IMG/VR virus record: IMGVR_UViG_3300025326_000088
Span: 1 to 42,109 of that record
Strand: one strand, 5' to 3'
DNA length: 42,109 nt
DNA from: a virus
Taxonomy: Duplodnaviria > Caudoviricetes
Position 1 is the stretch's first letter. Each line of letters begins with the position of its first letter. A program made the position numbers and the translations under genes. The notes beneath the pieces are model-generated. The model did no database searches. It was not told where the DNA came from and was given only the letters and a program-made list of their open reading frames with translations. Shown one piece after another: positions 26,770 to 37,016 of the stretch.

Positions 26770-26985
26770 ATGAGAAAACTACTTTTAAATAGTTTTGTAC
26801 ATCGGGAAAAGTTAATAACTATTCTTAAAAATCAAGCAACGAAATCCGATTTTAAAGAAGAATGGGTAATGGAAAATTGGTGGGTCGAGGATGATGGACG
26901 GGGCTTTTTCCTGCTTTATTTAGGAGAACCGAAAGAGGCGAAATTAATTGCTCACATTTTGCATAATGATGTTATTGAAATATAA
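26770..26985 (+). CDS. Hypothetical protein
   Basis: Coupled ORF. Confidence 0.55.
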   Translation: MRKLLLNSFVHREKLITILKNQATKSDFKEEWVMENWWVEDDGRGFFLLYLGEPKEAKLIAHILHNDVIEI

Positions 26986-26996
26986 GGGAATAATCA

Positions 26997-27308
26997 ATGT
27001 CCATAGAAGAGACTTTATTGCAGAAATTGAATCAAACCATCAAGGCGTTGGAAGAGTTTAAAAACAGATTCGATAAGTTGGAAGCTATTATTTTAGGTAA
27101 AGAAGGTAGAGCGGGACTTGATGAAGAAATAAGAATGAATACAAAATTGAGAAACAAGATTGAAGGAGAAAAGATTATCGAACAAGTGGAAAGAAATACT
27201 GTTGTTATAAGAAACGTAGTAAAATTTGTTTGGATTGTAGTTAGTGTTTTTGTGGTTCAAACAGTAGGATTTGTCTTTTTCATAATTAATTATCTTACAA
27301 CGAAATAA
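26997..27308 (+). CDS. Coiled-coil protein with C-terminal TM (XhlA/holin-like)
   Basis: Heptad N-terminus, single C-terminal hydrophobic helix. Confidence 0.55.
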   Translation: MSIEETLLQKLNQTIKALEEFKNRFDKLEAIILGKEGRAGLDEEIRMNTKLRNKIEGEKIIEQVERNTVVIRNVVKFVWIVVSVFVVQTVGFVFFIINYLTTK

Positions 27309-27333
27309 ACTCATATAACAGAGAGGATATACC

Positions 27334-27621
27334 ATGGGATTCTTTGATGATTTAGTAAAGATTGCATTTCCGCTTATTTTGAGTGCGGTTAAATCCATAG
27401 CGGATTCACAAGTGGATGGAGCTTCTTTGAGCTCCGAACAGAAAGGTTGGTTGTATTCTGGTTATGTACTCATTAATGTCAACTTCGATAAAATTGTGGA
27501 AAGTACTGACAATGAATATGATGATCAGACCTTACAATCATTATCGGATTTTGCAGCCGATACGCTTCAAGAAGGTGGAATTACAGTTCCTTTCATTCCG
27601 CCCGAGCTACAATCTCTTTAA
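27334..27621 (+). CDS. Hypothetical protein
   Basis: GAGG RBS; amphipathic N-terminus. Confidence 0.65.
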   Translation: MGFFDDLVKIAFPLILSAVKSIADSQVDGASLSSEQKGWLYSGYVLINVNFDKIVESTDNEYDDQTLQSLSDFAADTLQEGGITVPFIPPELQSL

Positions 27622-27641
27622 GATTATGGAGAAAAATAGAA

Positions 27642-27818
27642 ATGCCAGAAGCATTTGACAGTTGCGTGAAGAAGGGTGGGAGGGTTGTTACCGTGTCCGG
27701 TCCAAATGAAAGGTGGAATTTAAAAGCCGGTGAATATGTTCATATTTGCTGGTTAGGTAAAAAGCCATATCGTGGTTATACAAAGAAAAAAGAAAAATCT
27801 GATGGCAAAGAAGCGTAA
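27642..27818 (+). CDS. Conserved small phage protein (58 aa)
   Basis: Read by hand: MPEAFDSCVKKGGRVVT...YVHICW; GGAG RBS. Confidence 0.7.
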   Translation: MPEAFDSCVKKGGRVVTVSGPNERWNLKAGEYVHICWLGKKPYRGYTKKKEKSDGKEA

Positions 27819-28044
27819 TTATAAACGTGAATATAAACAATTTCATGGTAAACCGGAACAAGTTAAAAAACGATCCACCAGAAACAAAGCTCGACGTAAG
27901 AAAAAACTAAAAGTTGGGGATGGCAAAGAGGTACATCATAAGAAACCTTTGTCAAAAGGTGGAACAAATAATAGTAAAAATATTGTTGTACAAAAAGGTA
28001 AAAAGAAGAATCGTAAAGAAGGTGGAAGGATAAGTAAGAAATGA
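27802..28044 (+). CDS. Small HNH endonuclease (packaging-region type)
   Basis: RNYKREY...RNKARR...GDGKEVHHKKPLSKGGTN...N...NR; start moved to ATG 27802. Confidence 0.8.
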   Translation: MAKKRNYKREYKQFHGKPEQVKKRSTRNKARRKKKLKVGDGKEVHHKKPLSKGGTNNSKNIVVQKGKKKNRKEGGRISKK

Positions 28045-28214
28045 AAACAATAATAATAACTTATAGCGGAGAATTAGATAAGATTCTTGATGATTTAATT
28101 GTTAAGGTAATGAAGAATGCTGGATTTGAATGGTATGCTCAAGGTTATGATTTGGTAAAAAAAGAAAGAAATATTTGTTTTGATGTTAAAGAGGAAATTT
28201 TAGAGAATGCCTAA
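28041..28214 (+). CDS. Hypothetical protein (57 aa)
   Basis: Read by hand: MKTIIITYSGELD...ERNICFD; overlaps both neighbours. Confidence 0.6.
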   Translation: MKTIIITYSGELDKILDDLIVKVMKNAGFEWYAQGYDLVKKERNICFDVKEEILENA

Positions 28215-30201
28215 ACCAATTAAAAACGACAAAGAAGAAAAAAAACTTCTTAAACTTATTTGGGAAACTCATTTCTGGTCAAAACAGGCAAGAGATCAAG
28301 AGTTTATGCCACGTTTTCAGCATGCCATGAGAATGTATATGGATCAAACTATTGATTCAGATGAATTACAAATAATATATGAACGTGGACAAACTGATGT
28401 AAGCGTAAATTATCTTAGATTCTTTTTGCGTAAAATGCAGGCATATATGACTGCTAACCAACCTCAGTGGGTTGTATTTGGTAGTATATTTGATCGGGTT
28501 AAAAGTGCTTATTTAGCAAATGCTTATCTTAACCATAATTGGAGAATATCTAAGGGATATTTACAAGTTGTTGATATTCTTAAAAATATGACTGTTGGTG
28601 GTTTAGGTCTTGCTTCTAATTTTATTGATTATAAAGCAAGAGAAGGAAAAGGTGATGTTCGTTGGAGATCATTGCCTGTTCAGTATTATTATCCAGATTG
28701 GAGAAGTCAAGATCAATTACAAGATGATGCAAGTTTTCAACAAGTGGCTTTCACTGTTACATTGGAATCAGCTATTAGAATTGCTCCTGACAGGGAAAAA
28801 GAATTAAGAATGCTTGAAACTGTTCCAGATAATTATGATACTTTATTTCAGGAAGGAGCATTAACTTATGGAGAATTTCCTGATCCAGAAAAGTTGCATA
28901 GAGTAAGACGAGTTGCTCATTATCAAGTGGAGGAAGGTAAAATTTGGGAATTGCGGGATTTACTTGATAATAAGACATATAGAGTAAATGAAAATCCAGA
29001 TTTACCATTACCTTATACTGTTGATATTAGAGAACTTAGTGTTCCAAGGCTTGTTAAATATGATTGTTTTTATGGTATGGGTGAGGAAGATGGAATAATA
29101 TTTGATAAAACAATGTTTCCTTTTCCAGATTTTTTAATTAAACCATTTATAAATGAATTTACTGGAAATCCATTTCCTGCTGGAGAAGCATACTTTTTAG
29201 AAAAATTACAAAAGTATATTGATAAATCATTGAGGATTGCTTTACAACATGAACAATGGAACTCTAATCCAGGTGTATTTTTGCCAGAAGGTTCTGTTGA
29301 TGATATTGCCGCTTTTGAAAAAAAGGTTATGTGGCCGGGATTTGTTCAAACTTATAACGCAGAGGAAGGGAATCCATTTTTTAAACAAGGCGTTGCCGGA
29401 CAAACTGGTTTTTATAAGATTGTAGAGTTTATGATTGAATCAATGCGTCAAGGTGTTGGCAATATGTTTAATCCAGGCATGGCAAAGGGTAATGCAACTG
29501 AGGATCAATTACTTAAAGAATATGGACAAGAAGAAGGTGATATGTTGTTTAGAAATTTTGAAGTTGCATTGGAATCAAATGCTGTCGCAGCTTTAAAACT
29601 TGGAAAATATCATTATACTGAACCAATGCTTTTAAAATTTATTGATCGTCAAAAACATCCACAAGTTATTCCTGTTAATAAAACATTTGTAAATGAAGAA
29701 GGTGAATTGGATGGATATTATTTAAGAGATATTGACCATGATTTGGTAATAGCCACAAGGTCTTATGCTCCTTCTCATAAATTTGTTCAACAAGAAAGAA
29801 TTGTTAGGGCGATGCAATTTTCGCCGCCGCAAGTTCTTGATTTATTGTTTAAAGAATTAGTTAAAACTATGGAGCTTGATCCAGAAATATTAGATGAAGT
29901 TAACATGAGAATGGATTTAATACCGCAATTACAACAACAAATGCAACAAATGGTTGAAATGCTTGATGAAATGCAAAAGAAAAATAAACAACTTGAATCA
30001 CAAGTATTTACAGCTGACAGAAAGGCTGTTAGAGCTGGATACGATGCTGAATTAGTTGGGTTTGTAGATAAATTTAAAACAAACCTTAGAGCAATAGAAA
30101 AAATTTATCAAAATCAATTAAATTCAAATGTAAAAATTCAAAAGGCAATAGCCCAATCAAGGGAAGCCGGAAAGGTAGGACAAAATGGGACAAGCACGTA
30201 A
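28207..30201 (+). CDS. Portal protein (P22-like)
   Basis: 664 aa; position; RGQ..V.VN, L..LQ..ID and C-terminal Gln-rich coiled coil. Confidence 0.88.
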   Translation: MPKPIKNDKEEKKLLKLIWETHFWSKQARDQEFMPRFQHAMRMYMDQTIDSDELQIIYERGQTDVSVNYLRFFLRKMQAYMTANQPQWVVFGSIFDRVKSAYLANAYLNHNWRISKGYLQVVDILKNMTVGGLGLASNFIDYKAREGKGDVRWRSLPVQYYYPDWRSQDQLQDDASFQQVAFTVTLESAIRIAPDREKELRMLETVPDNYDTLFQEGALTYGEFPDPEKLHRVRRVAHYQVEEGKIWELRDLLDNKTYRVNENPDLPLPYTVDIRELSVPRLVKYDCFYGMGEEDGIIFDKTMFPFPDFLIKPFINEFTGNPFPAGEAYFLEKLQKYIDKSLRIALQHEQWNSNPGVFLPEGSVDDIAAFEKKVMWPGFVQTYNAEEGNPFFKQGVAGQTGFYKIVEFMIESMRQGVGNMFNPGMAKGNATEDQLLKEYGQEEGDMLFRNFEVALESNAVAALKLGKYHYTEPMLLKFIDRQKHPQVIPVNKTFVNEEGELDGYYLRDIDHDLVIATRSYAPSHKFVQQERIVRAMQFSPPQVLDLLFKELVKTMELDPEILDEVNMRMDLIPQLQQQMQQMVEMLDEMQKKNKQLESQVFTADRKAVRAGYDAELVGFVDKFKTNLRAIEKIYQNQLNSNVKIQKAIAQSREAGKVGQNGTST

Positions 30202-31396
30202 AAAGTCTGTAGAAAAAGTTAAAGAGACTCCAGAGAAAAAAGCACAAAAGGAATTAGCACCAGATTTTGTTGACGATCAGGAAATAAAAGATCAGGAATA
30301 TGAAGACCCTGTTTTGATGAAAATGATTGCCGGCGAAGAACCGGAAAAATTGGAAATTGAGGAAAGTGACGCTGAAAAAGAAATAAAGCCCCCAGTGAAG
30401 AAAAAGGAAAAAATGGAAGATGAAGCTCCAGATATTGTCACAAAGGAAGAAGTGGACATGGATGAAGAAGTGGAGTTTGATGATGATGAGGAAGAAGTTG
30501 AAACAAAGAAAATTGAGAAAAAAATTGAAGAAGAACCGGAAAAAATTGAATTTAGCGAAACGGTCAAGAGTGCTTTAAAGCCTTACAATGGGAATTTGCA
30601 ACAGAAAATTGAAGAACTTGTTAAAGCGTATAATAGTGCACAAGCACAATTAAGTGCTTTGAATAATGTTCAAAATGTTATTAAAGAAATTGGTTTTGAT
30701 GAATTAAAGCCTCATGAGTTGATCGCTTCGATGAAGGAGCTTAAAACAGCAGCGTTTGATTTTATGAATAATCCTCTTGCATTGGATGCATTAAATGGTT
30801 TAATGACTGGACAAATTCCGGATGCTTTAAAGCCTGATACAAAAACTGTTAAAGATTTTATGTCAAAAGATTCTTTGGAAGATTTTAGTTATGAAGAATC
30901 TATTAGTGATCCAAAGTCCGACAGTTGGCAAGCAAGGATTAATTGGGAAAATCATAGAAAACAACAAGAATCGAAAGTTCAAGATTTTGTTAATATCATA
31001 AATCAAAAGAAGGAAAATGTTACAAACTTACATACTCAGCTTCAAGATGCTAAGCGAGTTATAACGGAAAAATTGGATGAAGTTAAAGCTTTTGCTGTTG
31101 ATGAGTATGGTATAGATAAAGACGATCCTGTTTTTGAAAATTTTGAAAAAAAGGTTAAGAATATAGATGTAGATTTTCTAAAAGTTTATTTTGCTGTATT
31201 CGCAAAACAAAGTAAAATTGAAAGTAAAGCATTAAGAAAAATAAGAGAACAGAAGGGAAAGAGTTTCGCTGAAACAGAAATTTCTCGATCTGTTGAGGAA
31301 AAAGAATCCAGTCTTGAGCCAGCCGATAAGGACAGGGAAAAAGAATTGGAGGAAACATTTCCTGATTGGAATAAAAATGATGGTTATGTTTATTAA
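30185..31396 (+). CDS. Capsid scaffolding protein
   Basis: Acidic disordered N-terminus plus coiled coil, between portal and capsid. Confidence 0.75.
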   Translation: MGQARKKSVEKVKETPEKKAQKELAPDFVDDQEIKDQEYEDPVLMKMIAGEEPEKLEIEESDAEKEIKPPVKKKEKMEDEAPDIVTKEEVDMDEEVEFDDDEEEVETKKIEKKIEEEPEKIEFSETVKSALKPYNGNLQQKIEELVKAYNSAQAQLSALNNVQNVIKEIGFDELKPHELIASMKELKTAAFDFMNNPLALDALNGLMTGQIPDALKPDTKTVKDFMSKDSLEDFSYEESISDPKSDSWQARINWENHRKQQESKVQDFVNIINQKKENVTNLHTQLQDAKRVITEKLDEVKAFAVDEYGIDKDDPVFENFEKKVKNIDVDFLKVYFAVFAKQSKIESKALRKIREQKGKSFAETEISRSVEEKESSLEPADKDREKELEETFPDWNKNDGYVY

Positions 31397-31421
31397 TTTT
31401 TAACAAACGAGGTAAATAAAA

Positions 31422-32663
31422 ATGCAAGACCCGAATGCCGATCAGGTATCGACTGGTTTTAAGGGTTATGCTGGCATTTTTGCTCAGCGTCGGAAATATG
31501 ATTTTTCTGACAAAGTAATCCAGAAAAGCAGGGTACATGCTCGATTATTTAACGTATTGTCAAGAAATTTGACAAAAATGGCAACGTCTGAACTTGAACC
31601 AAGAATTTTTGAGTTCACAGAAGAAAACGATGCTATTTCAATGGCTTCAAATGCAAGCACAGGAACAATTGTTGAGTTTGCGAATGTTGATGCTCAAATT
31701 CTTCAAAAGGATGATGTTCTTTATGTTTTACCTGTTTCAGTCACTTCTGCTCCATCTCAAGAAACAATTAAAGTTGTTTCAGTTGGGGCAAAAGATGGTG
31801 GTACTACCGGGGCAGGATATACGAATGTTACTGTTCGTAGAGGAAGCTCTCCGCTTACACTTACGGCGGCTGATTTTGTATTAGCATGGGGTGGTAATTC
31901 TGTCGCAGAAAATGCTGCTGGTTCTCAGCCAAGAACCAAAGAACCCAATTATACTTATAATTATCTACAACTGTTTGATAAGACAGTTGGCGAATCCAAA
32001 GATGTTCAAAATAGTGAGTTTTATGCGAAGGAATTTTTTAGCATTAATGGACAAGCAATGCGGAAGCGAAATATGTTAATGAAAAATATCAATTGGGCTT
32101 TTTATCTTGGTGAACGTGATAGGGAAACATCAGAAACGTCCGATTATAGGCATTTTACAGGAGGTGTTTATGAGGCTGTTCCTACTGCCAATAAATTGAG
32201 CATGAGTGGAAATATGACTGTAAATTATTGGCAGGAAAAGTCGTCCACGACATGGTTTAAACAAGGAAACGAAATGCACACGAAGTGGCTTTCTTGTGGG
32301 CCGCAGTTTCTAAGTTCTCTTGAAAATATGTTTACTCAATACTACCAGTTGCCGGTTAACAATGTTCTTTCTACTTTTTATGGCATTAAGATTAAAACTC
32401 TTGAGCTTTCAGGTGGAACATTTAACATATTTAGGGAGGAAACATTTCTTGAGACTGGCTATTCAAATTGTGCATTTATTTTGGATGGTGATTTTCTTGC
32501 TTATATGTATTTAAGAAATAGGGATATTCAACTTGACAAGGATGTTACAGATAAGGCTTCCAAGTGGAATCAGACAAAATGGAAATTGTTTGGTAGGATT
32601 GGATTGTTTAGAGCTTATGATGCGGCGCATCATTTTCTGTATAATCCTTCTGAGCCGGCATAA
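31422..32663 (+). CDS. Major capsid protein (SU10/DUF5309-like, HK97 fold)
   Basis: YNYLQLF, INWAFYLGER, RHFTGGV motifs; strong RBS; position. Confidence 0.88.
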   Translation: MQDPNADQVSTGFKGYAGIFAQRRKYDFSDKVIQKSRVHARLFNVLSRNLTKMATSELEPRIFEFTEENDAISMASNASTGTIVEFANVDAQILQKDDVLYVLPVSVTSAPSQETIKVVSVGAKDGGTTGAGYTNVTVRRGSSPLTLTAADFVLAWGGNSVAENAAGSQPRTKEPNYTYNYLQLFDKTVGESKDVQNSEFYAKEFFSINGQAMRKRNMLMKNINWAFYLGERDRETSETSDYRHFTGGVYEAVPTANKLSMSGNMTVNYWQEKSSTTWFKQGNEMHTKWLSCGPQFLSSLENMFTQYYQLPVNNVLSTFYGIKIKTLELSGGTFNIFREETFLETGYSNCAFILDGDFLAYMYLRNRDIQLDKDVTDKASKWNQTKWKLFGRIGLFRAYDAAHHFLYNPSEPA

Positions 32664-32715
32664 TTTGAGTAAATTAATTAATTGAAGTTTAACAAATAAA
32701 TTTGAGGTATTAAAA

Positions 32716-33015
32716 ATGATTGGCGAAGGTTTTATTTTACAGACTATTCATGGTCGTGCCTTCCAGTCGGGTGATCGCCTTATTGAATTTGGAACGGTTG
32801 CATTTGTCACAACTGGTTCTACTGTTGAAATTACGACAAATCTTAGTGTGGTGGAATGTGTTCTTGCTTTGCCAAAAACTGTTACGTATGGCGTCAATGA
32901 TCAATTAAGCTCTGATGGTGTTGTTACTACCGGAGCAGTTACTTTGGCAAGAAACGCTTCTGGCACAAACGGTCTTTCTGCGTATTATCTAATGATTGGT
33001 TACAGGTACGACTAA
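32716..33015 (+). CDS. Putative capsid decoration protein
   Basis: Small beta-rich protein immediately after the capsid gene and before the terminator. Confidence 0.6.
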   Translation: MIGEGFILQTIHGRAFQSGDRLIEFGTVAFVTTGSTVEITTNLSVVECVLALPKTVTYGVNDQLSSDGVVTTGAVTLARNASGTNGLSAYYLMIGYRYD

Positions 33016-33022
33016 TATTATC

Positions 33023-33049
33023 GGGGGCTGAAATGCCCCCTTTAAATTT
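33023..33049 (+). terminator. Rho-independent terminator after the capsid genes
   Basis: GGGGGC-TGAAAT-GCCCCC-TTTAAATTT. Confidence 0.75.
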
Positions 33050-33058
33050 GGAGAAAAT

Positions 33059-33652
33059 ATGTCATCTGTAAATTTGTTGACATTGGCAAGATTAATTAGC
33101 AAGGATTCTAATGATGGAGAATATTTAAAGATAGAAAAATATTCTATGCTTTCAGCTGGACAAGAAGCCCTTGCTACTTATCTTCATCCAAATTATTTAC
33201 GTTCTTTAAAAAAAATCAAGACACATGCTTCAATAGCAAGTCCTGGAGCTGTTACTGCTGAAGCAGATTTTCTTAAAAGAGTTCATTGGGAAAAATCTGA
33301 TGGGACGCCGATTGATTGGTTGGAGCTTGAGGATAAAAGAGAATTGGAAAATACTATTGAGGGTGGAAACAATAAACGTCCAAGATATATTCAATATTAC
33401 GATGGAACTAATATAAAGTTTAAAGTGCTATTGGATACATATCCTATTACAAATTCTGTTCAGTATTATGTAGCACAGCCGCCGGCACTGTCGGATTCTG
33501 TTAATCCTTTGGTAATTGGGTTCGATCATTTAATTGCAATGTATTTTAAACATTTATTTCATTTAATTGAAGGACAAGTAGATTTAGCTCAACTTGCTTT
33601 AACAGATTTTATGAAAACTGTTGATGATTTAAATACTAAATTGAGGTTATAA
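33059..33652 (+). CDS. Head-tail adaptor (tail tubular A-like)
   Basis: Size, position, helix-beta-helix layout, YYVAQPPAL...P...FDHLI motif. Confidence 0.65.
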   Translation: MSSVNLLTLARLISKDSNDGEYLKIEKYSMLSAGQEALATYLHPNYLRSLKKIKTHASIASPGAVTAEADFLKRVHWEKSDGTPIDWLELEDKRELENTIEGGNNKRPRYIQYYDGTNIKFKVLLDTYPITNSVQYYVAQPPALSDSVNPLVIGFDHLIAMYFKHLFHLIEGQVDLAQLALTDFMKTVDDLNTKLRL

Positions 33653-34335
33653 TGGCTGGATATACAGGGATGACTCCGAGACAAATTATTGAAAAAGCCA
33701 TGACCATTGCAAAGAAAAATGGATTTCAAATTTTATTTGCAGAGGCAAGAGCGGTTTTTGATGAAGCTATGCTTTGGGTTTCAAAAGATATTATTGAATA
33801 TGGACAATTATATTCTGCAACATGGCCAACAACAGATCAAGTCGCAATGGGAACAAATAACATTTTGCATCCTATTCGTGTTTATGGTGATGCTAAAGAA
33901 TTAGTGTTTATTCCTTATGAAATTTATCGTAAAATGTTTTTAGGTGATGTCGTTGATAAACCATCAAGTGATACCAATAATTATTATACAATTCTTGGAA
34001 GAACAATTTATCTTGAACCAGATTTAGAAGGAACGTTTACAAATGTTGTAATTGAACATGGAGTACGTTCGGCTTCTATTGAGACCGGTGGTGTTGATGT
34101 TGCTCTTAATTTAAATTTAGAATATTCTTTAGTTGTTTCATATAAAATATGTCAAATTCTTTGTCCTGCTCAATTACAAAAGTTATTTTTTGGTTTGTAT
34201 AAAGATGCTAAAAAAGAGGCAATTAGTTTTAAAAATAAGTTGTATGCGACAGGACATGCAACATTTTGGAATCCATTTGCCGGTGGTAAACAAGGTAGAT
34301 CAAGTGGATGGCCGGGCAAAATAAGTAATGAGTAA
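33652..34335 (+). CDS. Second head-tail adaptor / ring protein
   Basis: YYTI.G.TIYLEP adaptor-like motif; position. Confidence 0.6.
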   Translation: MAGYTGMTPRQIIEKAMTIAKKNGFQILFAEARAVFDEAMLWVSKDIIEYGQLYSATWPTTDQVAMGTNNILHPIRVYGDAKELVFIPYEIYRKMFLGDVVDKPSSDTNNYYTILGRTIYLEPDLEGTFTNVVIEHGVRSASIETGGVDVALNLNLEYSLVVSYKICQILCPAQLQKLFFGLYKDAKKEAISFKNKLYATGHATFWNPFAGGKQGRSSGWPGKISNE

Positions 34336-34362
34336 GAACATTTTTAAAAAAATGAGTAAATT

Positions 34363-36543
34363 GTGCCAGGAATAGCAAGAACAGATTTTTCAGGTGGGAT
34401 GATTACTGATGTTTCTGAACTTTTGATGCCAGAGAATGCGGTAAGAAATGCCCAAAATATTGATTTATGGAGCGAAATTGGAGCTGTTAAATTATTTCAT
34501 ACTTTTTTGTTTAAACATTCTTTTCCAACTGGAAAAAGATATGATCATCATGTCATATTTCCTGTTCAAGGGGATAAAGATTATGCCATAATAATGACAA
34601 CTGATGGTAATATTTACACTTATGAACCTGTTGGTGGTTTTAGTGCTTCTTTGATGGCGGTTACTGTTGGTGCGCACATGGTTTATGCTGGAGAATCTGT
34701 ATATGTATTTTATAGAGCAATGTCAAATCCGTCTTTGGCAAATACGATTAGAAAGAGAATATATTGGGATTATGATACTTCTGCATTTATTGTTGAGGAT
34801 GTTATTATTAATGAAAGAATTTTTATTGGTAATGTTTTTGAGGTAGCAAATACTGTTTCAAATAGTCTTGTTTATTATAAGTTAATTTTAACATCAATTA
34901 TTGGAGATGGTTCAGAATCTTTTGGTCATTTAAAAATAGATGTTTTGAGTTATGGGAGAGATCATTATTTAGTAATTAATACAATAAGTGGATATTTTAG
35001 AGCAAGAATTTATTTGGCGTTTAAAGCTAATAATTCTGACAGTTTTTTGTCTCCGCAATTTTGTTATGAACTTGAAGCAACAGATAAAAAAAGTTTTATT
35101 CCAATGGTTTCTGGGCAATTTACAAGTGCTCCAACTGGATCGCCTGGTATTAGGATATATTATGAAGATGGGATTGGAACAAATGTTCAAACATTTTGGA
35201 CTACAATTTTAGAAGAAATTGTGACAGGTGAAACACTTTTTATTACACCAGGAAATAAAATTAAAGTTTTTGGAGTGGAAGTTGAAGTTGTTTCAATAAC
35301 AAAGAATGTTACAAATAAATGGTATTTTATAGAAGTTGATAATGTAATACCAGCCATTGCATCATTTGCTAATGATAATGATAGATATGCTGTAATTGAA
35401 ATTCAGTTGAATTGGATACAATCTGGTAGTGTGTATTATTTATGGATTCCTATTTCAAAAAGATATATTGATTTAATTTCAACTCCTGTTGATGAAAATA
35501 GACCAGAAGGAAAATTTACATCTGGGACTGGCAATGTTTCTGCTTTTGCATCTAATAAATTATTTACAGCAAATCCATATTTTCCTGATGTTTTTTCTAC
35601 GGGAAAAGATAATGATAAAAAAGGGTTTATTGGATGGAATTATATTACTGGTGAGGGAAAACATGCTTATTCTTTGATTCCTGATATACAGTTAATTTCT
35701 CCAACATTTTCTGGTTCAAGAATTATAGATATGTTTGGATTTCAAGATACATTGTTTATATTAATGGAATCTGGAATTGCAAGATTAAAATATGATGCTG
35801 GCATTTCTTTTTTACAAAGTGATAAGTATGGTGTTTCTTCGAGAAACAAATATTTTGTTGACCTTGGTAATATGTTTATTTTTTCTGAAAATAAACTATA
35901 TTCTGGCGCTGTTGATAAATTGAATTATGAAACAGGTTCTTTTGATTTTATTGAACTTGGTAGAACTATTTCAAGCTTGTTATCTTCTTTGGTTAATCCA
36001 AGAATTGTTTATGATAACATTAATGAACTTATCTACATTTCAGATTTAGATGATGGATCAAATTATATATGTTCTTTAAGAGATGGTAAACCTGTATGGG
36101 TTAAACTTGATACAGGTGGTCTTTATTTTACATCTGGATTTAGATTGGGTGGAAATTTTTATTTTGTTAATACAATAGTTGCACGTGATGAAATTTCTAC
36201 AAATAATTCTTCGTTGTATGGAAATGATGTTGTTATTGAGGACAAGAACGTTTATATTCCAATGTCTAATGATTTTATTAGGAAGTTGGAAGTTCTTTAT
36301 CAAAAAACATCTGGTACATTATCTTTTGAACTTATATTGGATGGTGTAACTGTAAAAACATATACATTATCAAATAAAACTTCTATTGGTTTTGAGGAAT
36401 TAAAAGTTCCAAGGGGAGGTACAACAAGATTTGAAAAGATTAGATGGAAATTAACTGGCAGTAGCTTGTCAAGTGATTTTAAATTTTTGGGAGTATTTAT
36501 AAACAGGGATGATTATGGAAAAGAAACACAAAGGGGGTATTAA
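34363..36543 (+). CDS. Tail nozzle / stabilisation protein (tubular B, P22 gp10-like)
   Basis: N-terminal DFSGGM...PEN....AQNID; beta-propeller-like composition. Confidence 0.75.
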   Translation: MPGIARTDFSGGMITDVSELLMPENAVRNAQNIDLWSEIGAVKLFHTFLFKHSFPTGKRYDHHVIFPVQGDKDYAIIMTTDGNIYTYEPVGGFSASLMAVTVGAHMVYAGESVYVFYRAMSNPSLANTIRKRIYWDYDTSAFIVEDVIINERIFIGNVFEVANTVSNSLVYYKLILTSIIGDGSESFGHLKIDVLSYGRDHYLVINTISGYFRARIYLAFKANNSDSFLSPQFCYELEATDKKSFIPMVSGQFTSAPTGSPGIRIYYEDGIGTNVQTFWTTILEEIVTGETLFITPGNKIKVFGVEVEVVSITKNVTNKWYFIEVDNVIPAIASFANDNDRYAVIEIQLNWIQSGSVYYLWIPISKRYIDLISTPVDENRPEGKFTSGTGNVSAFASNKLFTANPYFPDVFSTGKDNDKKGFIGWNYITGEGKHAYSLIPDIQLISPTFSGSRIIDMFGFQDTLFILMESGIARLKYDAGISFLQSDKYGVSSRNKYFVDLGNMFIFSENKLYSGAVDKLNYETGSFDFIELGRTISSLLSSLVNPRIVYDNINELIYISDLDDGSNYICSLRDGKPVWVKLDTGGLYFTSGFRLGGNFYFVNTIVARDEISTNNSSLYGNDVVIEDKNVYIPMSNDFIRKLEVLYQKTSGTLSFELILDGVTVKTYTLSNKTSIGFEELKVPRGGTTRFEKIRWKLTGSSLSSDFKFLGVFINRDDYGKETQRGY

Positions 36544-37007
36544 TGGCTGGGCAAACAAAAGGGAAAGGCATACCTGACTGGTTATCTTTGATTGGTCCAT
36601 TGGGAAATTTGCTTTTTCAACCAGATTTTCCAGAGATTCCAAATTTAAGTGAATTTGGTTTAGACCCTAAACAGCTTAGGGGATTTTTTAATTTGAAAAG
36701 GGCAATCACAAGGTCTGGAATTTTTCGTGGCGCTTCTGATACTGCAAGAAAGACTGCCGGAGCATTACCATCTTCATTAAGTCAATCAACTATTCCAGCT
36801 TCATTTACTGCCGATATATTTAGTAAAGCAGAAGATCAAGCAGCTCAAGCAGAAGCGGCTATTGCTGGTGAAGAAATTAGTGCTTATGCTCAAGCATATC
36901 AATTAATGTTACAAAAGTTTGGAATAGAGGCAGATATAGCAAAAGAAAAAAGAGGTGGAATAAGTGATATATTTGAAATTGCGTCATTTTTGCCTTTGAT
37001 TTTATAG
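36543..37007 (+). CDS. Putative internal virion (ejection) protein
   Basis: Ala/Gly-rich helical protein after the nozzle. Confidence 0.6.
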   Translation: MAGQTKGKGIPDWLSLIGPLGNLLFQPDFPEIPNLSEFGLDPKQLRGFFNLKRAITRSGIFRGASDTARKTAGALPSSLSQSTIPASFTADIFSKAEDQAAQAEAAIAGEEISAYAQAYQLMLQKFGIEADIAKEKRGGISDIFEIASFLPLIL

Positions 37008-37016
37008 GAGATTAAA